From contig OX597825.1 of NCBI GenBank assembly GCA_951406725.2, forward strand, positions 61,380,001 to 61,444,000: a DNA stretch of 64,000 nt. The letters are read 5' to 3'. The notes below the pieces were generated by a model. That model was not told the origin of the DNA. It worked only from the letters and a program-made list of their open reading frames with translations, and did no database searches. Below, in pieces: positions 12,010 to 24,499 of this stretch. How positions within the stretch are numbered: the first letter of the stretch is position 1; every line of letters starts with the position of its first letter. The stretch comes from Octopus vulgaris. Lineage: Eukaryota. The translations under genes were made by a program, and so were the position numbers.

Positions 12010-13455
12010 AAAAATGATAACATATTGCAAATTTCACATCGTTTTCTGGAAAAACTAAGACTCATCTACACTTTGCGTTTATTTCTGTTTTGCATGTCCA
12101 TGAGTTGATAGTTTCAGTTTCAAAAGAAAGAATCAGATCTAATCCTTTACTAGGCAAATGAAACACCATGGAAAAGTTACTGTAAAAATTGAACCAGTAT
12201 CTATTTTATAAATCAGTTGGTGCCATGAAAAATATCTGTAGTACACCCTGTAAAGTGATTTATATTATGAAAGGCATCCAGCCATAGAAACCATTCTAAA
12301 GTTGAGAAACTGAATATATTGTCCTCTGACACATTGAATTCTGACAAATCATTCAACATGGAATGCAAATGTAAAAGCAATGATGATGGTTATGAAGTCA
12401 TTTTGAGGTGGAACGAATGATTTGTGTTTCAAAGAGGAATAAAATATTTGGCTTACATTGTCGTTGTGGATATGGTCAAGGTTGTGGACCAAAACCTGTA
12501 TATACTGAAATAGAGGATGAAAATCTTACAAGCATATTGCTTCTTGTACTTTTCCTTCTCTTCTTGACTTTGATGTGACTGGGTGAAAAGATGAATGATT
12601 GGTCAGAGGACAGAAGGAAAAAAAGAACATGGCTTGTAGGTTGCAACTAATTACTACTTCAGTTTGCTGTGAGTAACTCACCTGGTAATCAGTACCCTTT
12701 CAAAGACCTCTCAAAATCCTGTGTGATACAACCTCAATTTCAAATTAACCATAGCCTTCTTCATTAGCAAATTTTCCTACCGTTTTCCTAGTCCAAATGC
12801 ATACAGCACAGCAAACTCTGCTAAATGGTTAGGAAGATAGTTTTAAAGCAAGCAATTTGTTAGATTTACAGCAACAGATAAAACATTTAGATGTCTGGCT
12901 ATGATTGATGGTTACAAGGGCTGAATCAGTGAACTGCGTTCCTTGCATGCTTATATGATTTTTTTCCAAAATCGAAACAGAAGATTAGCTTAGTGATTTG
13001 CAGAAACAAGAACAAAATTTTCTCTCACAAGAACAAAACTGAAATAACTAGATTATTACAGTTGTTTGACTAGGATGAGAAGTGGTTGGTTTCTTATTAC
13101 AGAAGTGGATTTAGAAGAAATATTTAAAAGATAAATATTTGAAGGAGATCTAATACTTTCCAGGTGAATATCATTGTTGATAGTAATCATTTTATTTAGA
13201 CTTCTTGAAATTAAATTAATTCTCTTTCATGTTAAAACAATAAAAACATACCACATATTAAAATTTCAATTATGCAAGATATATCACAAGAAACGCTATT
13301 TCTACTTACAAGAAAGATATTGAGGAGCTGAATCCTTTGTAGTTTTTAGTTGTATGTCTAAACCTTTTGAGTTCAAATCTCTCCAAAAATTAATAAAGTA
13401 CCATTAATACACCAGGATCAATTTTAGCAACTTTTCCTAGATGTTAAAAAATAGT

Positions 13456-13874
13456 GGGCAGTAGTGGCTGTGTGGTAAGTAGCTTGCTAACCAACCACAT
13501 GGTTCCGGGCTCAGTCCCACTGCGTGGCATCTTCGGCAAGTGTCTTCTGCTATAGCCCCGGGCCGACCAATGCCTTGTGAGTGGATTTGGTAGACGGAAA
13601 CTGAAAGAAGCCTGTCGTATATATATATGTATATATATATATGTGTGTGTATATGTTTGTGTGTCTGTGTTTGCCCCCCTAGCATTGCTTGACAACCGAT
13701 GCTGGTGTGTTTACATCCCCGTTACTTAGCGGTTCGGCAAAACAGACCGATAGAATAAGTACTGGGCTTACAAAGAATAAGTCCCGGGGTCGATTTGCTC
13801 GACTAAAGGTGGTGATCCAGCATGGCCGCAGTCAAATGACTGAAACAAGTAAAAGAGTAAAAGAGTAAAGAGTA
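13456..13874 (+). mobile_element. Full-length tRNA-derived SINE (family A, Octopus-type)
   Basis: A box tggctgtgtgg, B-box-like gggctcagtccc, an internal (TA/TG) tract and a (taaaagag)n tail. There are more than 10 related copies in the window. Confidence 0.9.
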
Positions 13875-14218
13875 GAATCGGTAGAGATGCATAGATAGTG
13901 TTTACACTCTTTTGCATCTCTCTATATTCTGAGTTTAAATTTCTTTCAAACTTGTTTTAGCCTTTTATTGTTTTGGGGCAAGGATGAATCCTATATCCCA
14001 GTTTATTAAAATGCATCCTCTCCTAAAATGTGTGTCCTTTATTCCACTGGTCAGCACACATCAAACCACCAGACTGTGACATATTTTTTATGAACAAATG
14101 ATTTTTGAACTGATAAACTAAGTTGTTCCTGGTTTTCTTTCAATACTACATGCATCCAGTGTACAGCTCTCTGAACATTAAGTACATGCTGTGTTTTGTA
14201 TTGTTTTCCTGTTTATAT

Positions 14219-14538
14219 ATACAAAGTAAGAAAACAGCACAGCTCCCATGACTTCAGGAAACATTTTTTCACGCTGAGAGTTGCTGAAGCATGGAACAAA
14301 CTACCCGCATCAGTTGTTAGTTGCCGGAGCACTGCATCCTTCAAAACTTCCATGCTTCCTGAGATTCGCCAACACTACACTTGATTTTCTCCCCTCCATA
14401 CACACACAAGCATATAACTGACTCATACATTGTTCACTTTCCAGACATTTCTACATTACTGCATGTACTTTATATGCACTTTCTGACAAGTTGTGGTGCA
14501 CCTGAGCACTGTATACAATAATTTCATTATTATTATTT
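14219..14538 (+). pseudogene. CR1-clade LINE 3' end
   Basis: Encodes YKVRKQHSSHDFRKHFFTLRVAEAWNKLPASVVSCRSTASFK (CR1 pattern R..FF..RV...WN.LP..VV...S...FK), followed by a 3'UTR and an (ATT)n tail. Confidence 0.85.
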
Positions 14539-15252
14539 TAGATTCTGTATTGAAAGTATTCAATGTTATAGATGTAATATGACTCAATTGTTAAGAGATT
14601 TGCTTTGTGATCATGAGATTCCAGGTTCAATCCTACTGCATGCCATCTTGGGAAAATGTTATTTTTCTATAACCTCAGGTCAATTCATACCTTACGAGTG
14701 GAATTGGATAAATGGAAACTGCATAGAAGCCTATCAGATGAATTGTACCTGTTTTGCCTGTCTTTATGTTCTGAGTTCAAGGTTGACTTTGTCTTACATC
14801 CTTTCAGGGATCGATAACATATGTCCCAGTTGAACAGTTGGGTTGATGTAATAGATTTGTTTTCCTTCACTGAAATTGTTGCCCTTGTACCAAATTTGAA
14901 ATCATTATTATTTCTTATTATGTAGGTAGCAGGGCTCTGAAAGGAGTCTCAGGTAGTAGCATCCCTGCCTTCCTGAGCTAGATTTCCACCACATTTCTTA
15001 AAAATTGTGGTAAAGGACTTGGTCTCGGGACCACTTATGTCTAGAAACTGAGGTTGGGGGCAAGCTCCCCGTAGAAAATACAGCTCCAAAATAAGCCTAA
15101 TGATAGCTAGGGAGAAGGGGCATCAGCCAGCCCAAAGATCAGGATAAGCTGCACCTGCTTGACTCAGTTGCTATGGCATTGAGGTAGATCTGGCCACCCA
15201 CTTTAATGGAGACAAAACCTGGATTTAAAACACTGGATGATGATGATAATTA

Positions 15253-15665
15253 TGGTGGCAAACTGGCAGGATCGTTATCATGCCAGGCCAAATGCTTAGT
15301 GGCATTCAGTGTTCAAATTATGCCTTTCATCCTTTCAGGGTCAATAAAATAAGTACCAGTTGAGTGCTGGGGTTGATATAATTGACTCATTCCCACCCCT
15401 GAAATTGCTGGCCTTGTGCCAAAATTTGGAACCACTATTAATTGTTATTGTAAGGCCATGAACTGACAGAATCATTATCCAGACAAAATGTTTTATAGCA
15501 TGTCTTCAAGTTTACATACTAAGTTTAAATCCTGCTACGGTCGACATTGTCTTTTGTCTGCTTGTGGTTGATAAAATAAGTACTAGTTGAACACTAAGGT
15601 CAATGAAATCAACTTGCTTCCTCCCCCAATATTTCAGGCCTTGTGCCTATAATGGAAAGGTTAAT
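15253..15665 (+). mobile_element. Two tandem copies of SINE family B
   Basis: 'ctggcagaatcgttag...aaatgcttag...gttcaaat...gcctttcatcctttc..ggtc.ataaaataagtaccagttgag' core. It also occurs at about 16045, 20870(-), 29575, 30910(-), 31870 and 33500(-). Confidence 0.75.
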
Positions 15666-16234
15666 TAATTATTGTTCTTTATAGTAGATTCCTCAATGGA
15701 AATATCACACTTATCTGTTTCATTTCGTAACCTCTTTGTACTGTCTTCAATGTCCTAAGTCCTTTGTGGTGAATCAGAAGAATCATTACAGCAGCAAACA
15801 AATTAATTGTGCTAATTATCCTGGTTCTTCCCATTTAGAGGTAAAATCTCACCAAAGGTCAAATTTTACTTTTCATCCCTTTGGAATAGATAAAAATAAA
15901 GTACCAGACAAGTACTAGCATCAACGATATTCGAATATAACTCTCTCCCTTAATTAGCAGAACTCATACCTAAATGAAAAATTACCACCACCGCCGCCTC
16001 TGCCACCACCATCATCATCAGCATTATTATTAGGGCCCCTATTAGGTCAGACAAAATGCTTTGCAGCATTTCTTTTGGCTCTTTTCATTCTGAGATCAAA
16101 TTCCACCAGGGTTAACTATGCTTTTCATTCTTTCAATGTCAATAAAATAAGTGACAGTTGAGTACTAGGTGTCGATGTAATTCACTACTCCTCTCTTCTC
16201 AGAATATCAAGCCTTATGTCTATATTAATAAGGA

Positions 16235-16300
<66 letters not shown>

Positions 16301-16435
16301 CGCCTGGTCCCCGTGCCGGTGACATGTAAAAGCACCATCCATTCATGTCCGTTGCCAGCCTCGCCTGGCCCCCGTGCCGGTGGCACGTAAAAGTTAGGAA
16401 GGGACGCTAAATGGCAATGATGATGATGATGATGA

Positions 16436-16952
16436 TTGAGTGCATGCCATCAAAGTGACACTGGGGTAAAATATACGAAGCCCAGTATACCCATCATGAC
16501 TACCCATCTGATAAGGGTACATGACATAGTGATCTCATATCAAGATAAACAGTGCATGACCTTGCAGGTGGGGCCCAGTTAGAATTTTCTTCAGGTCGAG
16601 TAGCCCATATCAATCAAAAGGTCCCTGAATAATGGTTGTTTAAGGTTGTTGAACGAAACACCCATGTTTCCAAAGGTGAATTATCCAAACCCCAAAGAAT
16701 TCCTCTCGACACATGGCTATGATGCTCTCCCACTACTTCTGCTCATGATCAGAGATACACATATTGTCAGCAACTAAGGGAGATGCTCAACTGGTTAAGG
16801 TCAAACAACTGACATCCAAGTCTGTAGTATTGAACAGAAAATTTACTGTAGCCCATCTTTTACACCAAGACAAAATAAAGTACATATTAACACTTCCAAT
16901 CAGTTAAGATAAGAAGCCATAAGAGCCACTGCCTAGTATTGCATCAGGGCAT
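16436..16952 (-). mobile_element. Non-coding retroelement family C embedded in trinucleotide microsatellites
   Basis: Homologous to 26451-26766 and 31165-31802. Its terminus 'gcatcagggc|at' is shared with copy 3, and it is flanked by GAT/CAT/ATT repeats. Confidence 0.75.
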
Positions 16953-17039
16953 CACCATCATTATCAGCATCATCATTATCATTATCATCATCATTATTAT
17001 TATGTAATGACCTGACCAGTCCATTTAGATACCTTGGAA

Positions 17040-17770
17040 GTATAATAAACTTTAAGTGTGCTCTTAATGGTGAAATAACTGTTAGAATATCTAAGGCTAC
17101 AAGTGCATTTGATACATTTTCCCATCATTTGTGAAAATAAGTATATATAAATTCTGTATTTTGAGCACATTTTTGTATGAGGTAGAAGAAGGGACTCCCT
17201 ACTACAGACACAGAAGGGAACTTGAGACCTTTCATATGTGCTCTCTGTGCAATATCTGCAACCAAAATGGCAAGATAAAAGAACCAATGTCAAAATCTTA
17301 GAAAAATGTGATATTTCTAGTATAAAAATTATGCTACTAAGAATTCAGTGCAGATGAGTAGGACATGTTGCTTGAATGTAAGATGACTGCAAACATTCTT
17401 TTGTATGGCCAATAAGAAGGATATGGCAGTAAATGAAGACCAGGTCTTAAGGGTTAGGGTTAGGGTTAGGCCTTAAGTATAAGGATACTCAGGCCTTAAG
17501 TATAAAGATAAGTTGAAGGAATCGCTAAAATCTCCACAACTTAATTTGACGTTTTGAGTAAGTCATTGCCTAGACCAGTGTGCATGGCATAAAATGTGTC
17601 ATGGTGCATCAAAACAGTTTGAGTTGAAGAAACAGAACAATAAAAGAGTTATATCCTGCAACCAACAGACACACTTGACCAATTCCAATCAACATGAAAA
17701 TCATTAGTGTTCACATTGCGACTTCATCACAAAATTCCGTACATTCCTACATCAATCGAAAATAGATGCG
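17040..17770 (+). pseudogene. Decayed RTE-clade LINE C-terminal region
   Basis: Translates with stops as FHMCSLCNICNQKWQDKRTNVKILEKCDISSI..R*VGHVA*M..., KYKDKLKESLK...AWHKMCHGASKQFE and a terminal CSHC zinc-finger relic. Confidence 0.75.
17451..17470 (+). repeat. Short interstitial telomeric repeat (TTAGGG)~3
   Basis: gggTTAGGGTTAGGGTTAGG within the RTE relic. Confidence 0.7.
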
Positions 17771-17852
17771 GCTACTTTAAATTTTAAACATTTAACTTTT
17801 TTTGAAAATCATCTCCTGCAAACACTCAAATGTTGAAATCGACAGGAATGAC

Positions 17853-17881
17853 CATCATCATCATCATCATTGTCATCGTCG

Positions 17882-17918
<37 letters not shown>

Positions 17919-18120
17919 TGTTCGACCGTGGTCGAGACAATGGAATTTACTATGTTACGCCAGACTTCACGGTCCATCATAGCATTACGGAGGTCCTGTT
18001 GCTGGATGCCTGTATCCCTGGAGATTACATCAGGGTAGGAGAGTGTGCGCCCTCTGGTATTGCGAGTAGATGGCTTCCAGAGGAGAAGAGTAGAAATTAC
18101 TTCTTTTTCAGCTCTACAAC
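17853..18120 (-). pseudogene. RTE-type LINE extreme 3' end with (GAT)n tail
   Basis: The minus strand encodes RAEKEVISTLLLWKPSTRNTRGRTLSYPDVISRDTGIQQQDLRNAMMDREVWRSIV, followed by (GAT)n. Confidence 0.75.
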
Positions 18121-18897
18121 ATTATTGAAAGTGTCACATCAGTAAAGGTGGAGGCTGTGGATATATTTGTTACAGAACATTTCTCTTTATCTTGGAATAT
18201 AAGAAGGTATTGTAATGAACTATCATCACCTTATACAATAACTGCAAAAGTGATATGATCAAATCTTTTTCTCAGTCAGTCTTTAGTTTCCAGTTTCTTT
18301 CTTCTTTCATTTTCCCTTTCTTCATTCATCTCTCCTAGCTCCTCTATTCTTCCCCCTCCTCTTTCCTTTCCTCTCTTGACCATTCTTGCATTTCTCATCT
18401 CTTATTCTGATTCAATATTAATGAGTTTCACATGCAAGCCATACATATACATTCTTATAAAACTTTCAGTTTCACAACAAAAGACTCTCAATTTATTATT
18501 TACTTTGAGATGAGTATAAACTGAAATAATTCTTTGTAAAAGTAAAGCAGATATAAATGTTATCATTTCCATTATTCCATTATTCTATTATTCTAGGTTC
18601 AATTTATATATTATATTGTTCATCCTACACTACACCTATTTCCCATACAGTTATAATCTAAATGCAGTAAAATCTGGATTCTGCAAGTAACATATTTCTA
18701 CTTAACGGTGGTAAAGTGGCAAAGCTGTTAGAATATCAAACAGTAGGCACAGGTATGGCTGTTTGGTAAGAAATTTACTTCCTAACCACATGGTTCTGTG
18801 TTCAGCCCCACTGCATGACACTTTGAGCAAGCGTCTTCTACTATTGCCTTGTGAATGGATTTGGTAGATGGAAACTGAGAGAAGTCTGTTGTATCTA

Positions 18898-19291
18898 TCT
18901 TTATATATAAAACTGTAGTTGTGTGAGCGTCTGTCCCCTTCGATTTAGATTCCTAACTACTCCCACATTTTGCGGTGCAGTTTAACCAAAGCCGGGTATC
19001 TTATAGTCGTGATTCATATCGAGCCCTTCTGGGTATTAGCGCGCGTCTACGATGAGTCTACGAATTTAAAAATAATTTACCATTATTTTTTTCCATTTTC
19101 ATGCATATTTTTTTAAAGGGAAGTAACTCTCTAAAAATGTCTGCGATGAGTCAACGATTTTAAAAAAAGTTTACCATCATATGTTTTCCATTTTTAAGGC
19201 ATTTTTTTGCTATTTTTTGGCTATAACTCTCTAAAAATGTTGTATAGTTATTTCCCTTACAAACCCGAGCAACGCCAGGTGATACTGCCAG
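18898..19291 (+). mobile_element. Non-autonomous Helitron
   Basis: 5' a|TC..., subterminal hairpin cccgagcaacgccagg, 3' end ccag|t (CTAG variant) and no TSD. A close copy lies at 37210-37605 (-). Confidence 0.8.
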
Positions 19292-19292
19292 T

Positions 19293-19620
19293 ATATATAT
19301 AAAACTGAGAATGTGTGACTGTCTGTCTGTATGTGTGCATCGCTAAAACTTGAGAACTACCCAACTGATTTCATTCAAATTTTACACATGCCTTACTTAG
19401 GGTCCATGGAGTGTCATAGGCAAAAACATTTTCAACTTCTTGCCTAATGCGAGCCTGGAGCAATCTCTTATCTCTTATACTATTTCAGTATTACAGGTCA
19501 AAAGTGAAACAATAACATCTCTATTGTAATGTGAGATAATACTTTCAGTTTTAATAGCTTCACTATGTATATAATATATACATAGTGAATCTGTTAATGG
19601 TGAAACTATTATCTCACATA
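19293..19620 (+). mobile_element. Second Helitron-like 5' fragment directly abutting the first
   Basis: 'atatataaaactgagaatgtgtgactgtctgtctg...actgatttcattcaaattttacac', the same 5' architecture as 1032 and 18898. Confidence 0.45.
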
Positions 19621-19739
19621 TATATATATATATATATATGCATACATACATATATATATATATATATTAAACAAACTAAGGAAAATAATTTCTTCAAAGT
19701 GGTGTGTTAAACATCCAATTCACTGGTACATTAGTTGAA

Positions 19740-20390
19740 TACGATATACATATGAATAACGCATTTGGTCAAGATATTTTACAAATTTATATCAAAGCAC
19801 TTTAATAAAGAACATGAATATTATAAAATAATTAACAATAAAAGGATTAGAATAGGCTTTCCAGTATCAAAAAATTTGTTTAGAATTATCTCTTCTTTTA
19901 ATAAATCTTTAGACTACTTTTATAATAACAGAAACAATAATACTATTACAGAAAATGATCTAGCTAGAGATCATGATTGTAGAGATGAGGATGTTATTTT
20001 AATAATCTTTGTTTACAGAACAATATCATATATAGATGTAGGGTGGATTTGGAATGAAAGAAATTATTTTTACATAGAGTCAACAGAAAATTTTATGAAA
20101 AAACCAGATAGCAGTCCCTGAGTGCAGCTTTACGAATAGAGATAGGTTTCACAGTACTAGTCTTAGTAAACTAAGTTGGAAATTGAAGGATAGTAACAAA
20201 TTATACAAAATAAATTGGAAAATATTAGCCATGCTAGATCGTATAAAATTAATGATGCTAGATGCAACTTATGTATAGATGAATTACACCAGATACCAAC
20301 ATCTAAGAAGAAATTGCTTAATGAAAGACATGAGAATGTTCTATCTTGTACACTCTATTCTAAATATGTTTTTAGAAAATTTTATCAAGT
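19740..20390 (+). pseudogene. Penelope-like element GIY-YIG endonuclease region, decayed (Neptune-like)
   Basis: Across frames it reads ISKHFNKEHEYYKIINNKRIRIGFPVSKNLFRIISSFNK...YFYIESTENF...STSLSKLSWKLKDSNKLYKINWKILA-HARSYKINDARCNLCIDELHQI...LLNERHENVLSC. This fits the PLE pattern T.LS...W.LK...I.WKIL...Y...C.LC..E...LLN.R.E...C. Confidence 0.85.
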
Positions 20391-20659
20391 GTCTATATTT
20401 CTACTCATATGTATCCATTTATCTTCCCATGTACATGTATATATGAATAATCATATATTTGTGTATATGCATATATATATTTGTATACATGGGTACATGT
20501 TGATTGTATTTATCTGATGCTATCTATATGTTGTTATGCATATGTATGTGTTTATGTGCATATATATATATAAGTGTGTGTATATATATATGTGTGTATC
20601 TATATGCATTAATATACGTGGATTTGTATTTATGTGTGTATATATATGTATGTGTATGT

Positions 20660-20706
<47 letters not shown>

Positions 20707-21709
20707 TATATATTTGTATGCATATGTGTATATGCATCTGTACAAATGTGTCTATGGAAGTCTCTATATCCATATGTATATATATGGATGTATATGTATG
20801 CATCTATGTGTATTGCTATATATACATAAGTAATCATATAGGTATTTCTATATGTGCATAAATGTATTGGTTTTAAACTTTGGCACAAGGCCATCAATTT
20901 CAGGGTTGGGTAAGTCGATTACATCGATCCCAGTGCTCAAGGGGTGTTCATTTTATCAACCTCAAAACAATGAAAACCAAAGTTGACCTTGCTGAAATTT
21001 GAACTCAGAACATAAAGGTGGATGAAAAGCTGCTAATCATTTTGTCTGGTGTGCTAATTATTCTGCCAGCTCACTGCCTTAATATTAGCACTAATAATAC
21101 AATACAAAATAAGACATGCATGTCACTCTTATGTAAAGTATTAAAGAGAGAAAAAAAATAACGGATTGTAAATATTTCCTTTTAAGGATAAGCATTTAAA
21201 TGGCTTTAAGAAACTATAAAGTTCTATTCTGACAGTATTTTGTTAATAAATAATGTTAATGCACCATTGCAGACAGTTAAACAACACACTAAAACTTCTC
21301 AGTTAATTCATATGCTATTAACATTTTTTTAGCCTTGTGCCTAAATTTTTTATGTTGTTGATATTTATGTGCTTTTATATAAAATATTTCAGCATTAAAG
21401 GAAGAAAATAAAAATGTCTTTTCAGAAAGACAAATTAATATTTGTTGAGAAAAATTACTGAAAATATCCCCTCAGGAATTTTATTTTAAATGGAAATAAT
21501 TTAATTTTTTTTAAACTAATATTCTTCAACTCTTGGCATGTCGTTCAAACTTATAATCTTTTTGAAACTTTAATTCTTTTTTTTTTTTAGAAAATGGGCT
21601 ACTCAAAAAACAAAGCTAAAAAAAAATGATAACACTTGATTTACTGGTTTAAGAAAAATGCAATATTTTATTTATATTTATTTATTGGTATGTCTTCTGT
21701 AAATTTCAG

Positions 21710-21834
21710 GATATAAAGATAAAATTTTGGCACTTAAAGGATAATGCCAGAAGTTGAAAGTTACTTTTCTGAACCCCCTTTCAAGATATTTGACGATCAC
21801 TTTTTAAAATGAATTGTAAATAATGAATACTATC
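21710..21834 (+). other. Candidate host exon (5'UTR, possibly ending in ATG AAT ACT ATC)
   Basis: Acceptor 'aaatttcag|' and donor '|gtaagt' in unique sequence. All three frames contain stops upstream of the ATG at 21823. Confidence 0.3.
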
Positions 21835-23322
21835 GTAAGTTAATTTAAATTTCTTAGTCTGTATTTGCTATATATTTATATGATATATTTATATGATATA
21901 TATATATTATAGTTTTGTCTTAGTATATATATTTTCTTCTATCATTGTTGCTAAAGGGGATTTAGGGGGAGAGATAAGTGTAGTAAAATAAACTTGCTTA
22001 ATCTCTCTCCTGGCTCTGTGTGTGTGTATGTGTTGTTTATATGGTGTGAATATGTTTTGTTGTGATTATGTGTTATGTATGTATGGTGTGTATGTTAGTG
22101 CAGTATTTATATATACGTGTGTCATTGCATGTGTTTTGAACATATGGTAGGTGCTTGTTGTACTGTACTTATTTGTATGTGTGTGTGTATGTGCATGTGT
22201 CTAGATATCTCTGTATATGTCTGGGTGTGTGTGTCTGTGTGTATGTCTGTGTAAATGTATTCTGCTGTGCTTGCATGTATGCATGTGTGCATCTCTGTGT
22301 ACGTGTTTGTATGTATATATTGTACAATGGCAACAACAAATGTTTCAAGATAAGCACTATAAAAGTGTTTGTGTTAAATGTTCTGAGTATATTCTGCAAT
22401 GTCAGTATTGAAGCCAATTGCACATATTGACTTCAGATATACATCTAACTAATTAGAACTTAACCAGTTAGCAGCACATTAGGATAACTTATCATGTTAT
22501 GGCAGATGAGCTTTGTCAAAATCTGATTGGCAGTCAGTAGGAGACATGAAGACAAAGATAATTGGATGGTGAGCAGAAAGAGTTAAAACCAAAGAATTAA
22601 AGAATCTTCTGACACTAGCAGACACATCACTTAAGTTTTCCTTTCAACTTATCTTAGCACTACAATAAATCAGTACAGTAATGATGGAATTCCCTTGGAC
22701 ACTGTCAGCATGGTACTGTTTCTGAAAGTCTTAGATCAAACCTCTATATTTGTTCATAAATCAAGGAATATTTCACTCAATGGATAGATTTCTACTGTAA
22801 TCTCTCTGTCTCTGTCTCTCTCTTTCTGTCTCTGATTGCTCTTCTTTCTCATTATCATACATGCATGCAATATTGGTTTCTAACATAAGTTGTACAAGCT
22901 GACTGGGCACTCTACCAATTCTGTTTTACATTAGTCTCCCTCAGATACATAATATAGCACTTTTATTGCCATATTTATGTTGAAATATACTGTCTTGTTC
23001 CAATTAATTTCAAAATAATGAAGAACTCAGTAAAATAACTTTGTGTCATTATTAAGCTATTGTTTAGAACATAAATTGATGTTAAGTTTTGATAGAAAAT
23101 TTTCACTTTAAACAGGAATTTTTTATGCTAGAATTAGAAGCAGTCACAGACATGTTAGTATTAAAAGGGTAAATGTGTTCTGTATCTCTTAATATATTAA
23201 TAAATTATCCCCAAACAATTTGACTTTTGGCAGTGGCTAATTCCTCCTCAGGATACTGAACATGGCCAAGGATAGGCAATAAATGATAAGCAGTTATATA
23301 TTTTACTAACTACTGAAAGTGA

Positions 23323-23640
23323 AGGTGCTTGGTTCAGTGGTTAGAGCATCTGGCTCACAATCACGAGGTAGTGAGTTCAATTTCCAGATCGGGCAGTGTG
23401 TTGTGTTCTTGAGCAAGACACTTTATTTCACGTTGCTCCAGTTCATTCAGCTGTAGAAATGAGTTATGATATTTCTGGAACCAAACTGTATCAGTTCTGC
23501 CTTTCCCTTGGATAGGAAGATGCATACATGACTGTTGGTCTTCCGTAATCAATCTTGCCCAAACTTGTGCCTCAGGGGGGCACTTTGTAAGTGCAGTCCC
23601 ATGGTCATTCATGACCAAAGTGGATCTTTAAATTTTACCC
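23323..23640 (+). mobile_element. tRNA-derived SINE, same family as 715-960
   Basis: A box 'tggttcagtgg', B box 'gagttcaatttcc' and core 'ttcttgagcaagacactttatttcacgttgctccag'. Confidence 0.7.
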
Positions 23641-23757
23641 TGATTACTGAAAAACTGAGAACAATGAGTTGGCAGAATCATTAGGGTATCAGACATGATG
23701 ATTAGTAACACTTCTGCCTTTACCATTCCTCCTTTTGAGGTCAATAAAATAAGTACC

Positions 23758-24109
23758 TAGTTCTATATCTAAGAAATGAGGAATCATGTACATTATTTAC
23801 ATTATTTACATTTGGCAGATATTTGTCCTCATCTTGTTTGTTGTTAATACGTTTCGACTGATATACCCTCCAGCCTTCATCAGATGTCTTGGGGAAATTT
23901 CGAACCTGTGACTCTTATTCCTAAGGTATTTTTCAATATTATTATTATCATTATTATTATAATTCAGGTCACTGCGTTGAATCGAATTCGGAGTCTTAGA
24001 GTTAGTAGCCTACGCTCTTAACCACTATGCCATATGCCTGTGGTCATATGGCATAGTGTGTTAACAACAAACAAGATGAGGACAAATATCCGTCAAATGT
24101 AAATAATGT
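23758..24109 (-). mobile_element. Fold-back family F1: tRNA-like head, (AAT)n, HHR and tail, with deleted inverted arm
   Basis: The minus strand has a tRNA-like head at 24038-23963, an AAT tract, an HHR at 23888-23843 and the tail ...gatatagaactag. The inverted arm is 24042-24109. A possible TSD aaataagta lies at 23747-55 and 24110-18. Confidence 0.85.
23963..24038 (-). promoter_or_regulatory. tRNA-derived Pol III head (A/B box)
   Basis: ggcataTGGCATAGTGGttaagagcgtaggCTACTAActctaagactccGAATTCGATTCaacg: A box, anticodon-like loop and degenerate B box. Confidence 0.7.
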
Positions 24110-24277
24110 AAATAAGTAGGAGGAGTGGCTGTGTGGTAAGTAGCTTGCTTACCAACAAAATAGTTCCAGGTTCAGTCCCACTGTGTGGCACCTTGGGCAA
24201 GTGTCTTCTACTATAGCCTCGGGCTTACCAAAGCCTTGTGAGTGGATTTGGTAGATGGAAACTGAAAGAAGCCAGTC

Positions 24278-24310
<33 letters not shown>

Positions 24311-24390
24311 TCCCGGGTTGAGTTGGGGTTAACCACAGTAAATAAGGTACTCAATACATGGCAGAGTAAATTAATTTATTTTATAGAAGG

Positions 24391-24441
24391 AGCTTCTACA
24401 GGACTAGAACTGTTTCATTCAAATGAAATCATCAGGAAGCT
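24391..24441 (-). ncRNA. Type I hammerhead ribozyme, intact core (mirror copy)
   Basis: Identical to 24438-24488 on the opposite strand because of the palindrome. Confidence 0.9.
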
Positions 24442-24488
24442 TCCTGATGATTTCATTTGAATGAAACAGTTCTAGTCCTGTAGAAGCT
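24438..24488 (+). ncRNA. Type I hammerhead ribozyme, intact core
   Basis: agcttc CTGATGA tttcatttgaat GAAA cag ttctagtc ctg TA gaagct. Stem I is 6 bp, stem III is A-CAG/CTG-T, and the GUA cleavage triplet puts the cut after 24482. Confidence 0.9.
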
Positions 24489-24499
24489 CCTTCTATAAA

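Noticed and set aside
12682-12817. Minus-strand exon-like segment with branch point, AG acceptor and gtgagt donor
   Set aside because: It has stops in all three frames and no supporting neighbours, so it cannot be distinguished from chance.
23963-24038. Functional tRNA gene (ACT anticodon-like loop)
   Set aside because: The acceptor and anticodon stems pair poorly, the B box is degenerate, and it is embedded in a repeated element. It is treated as a SINE-type head.
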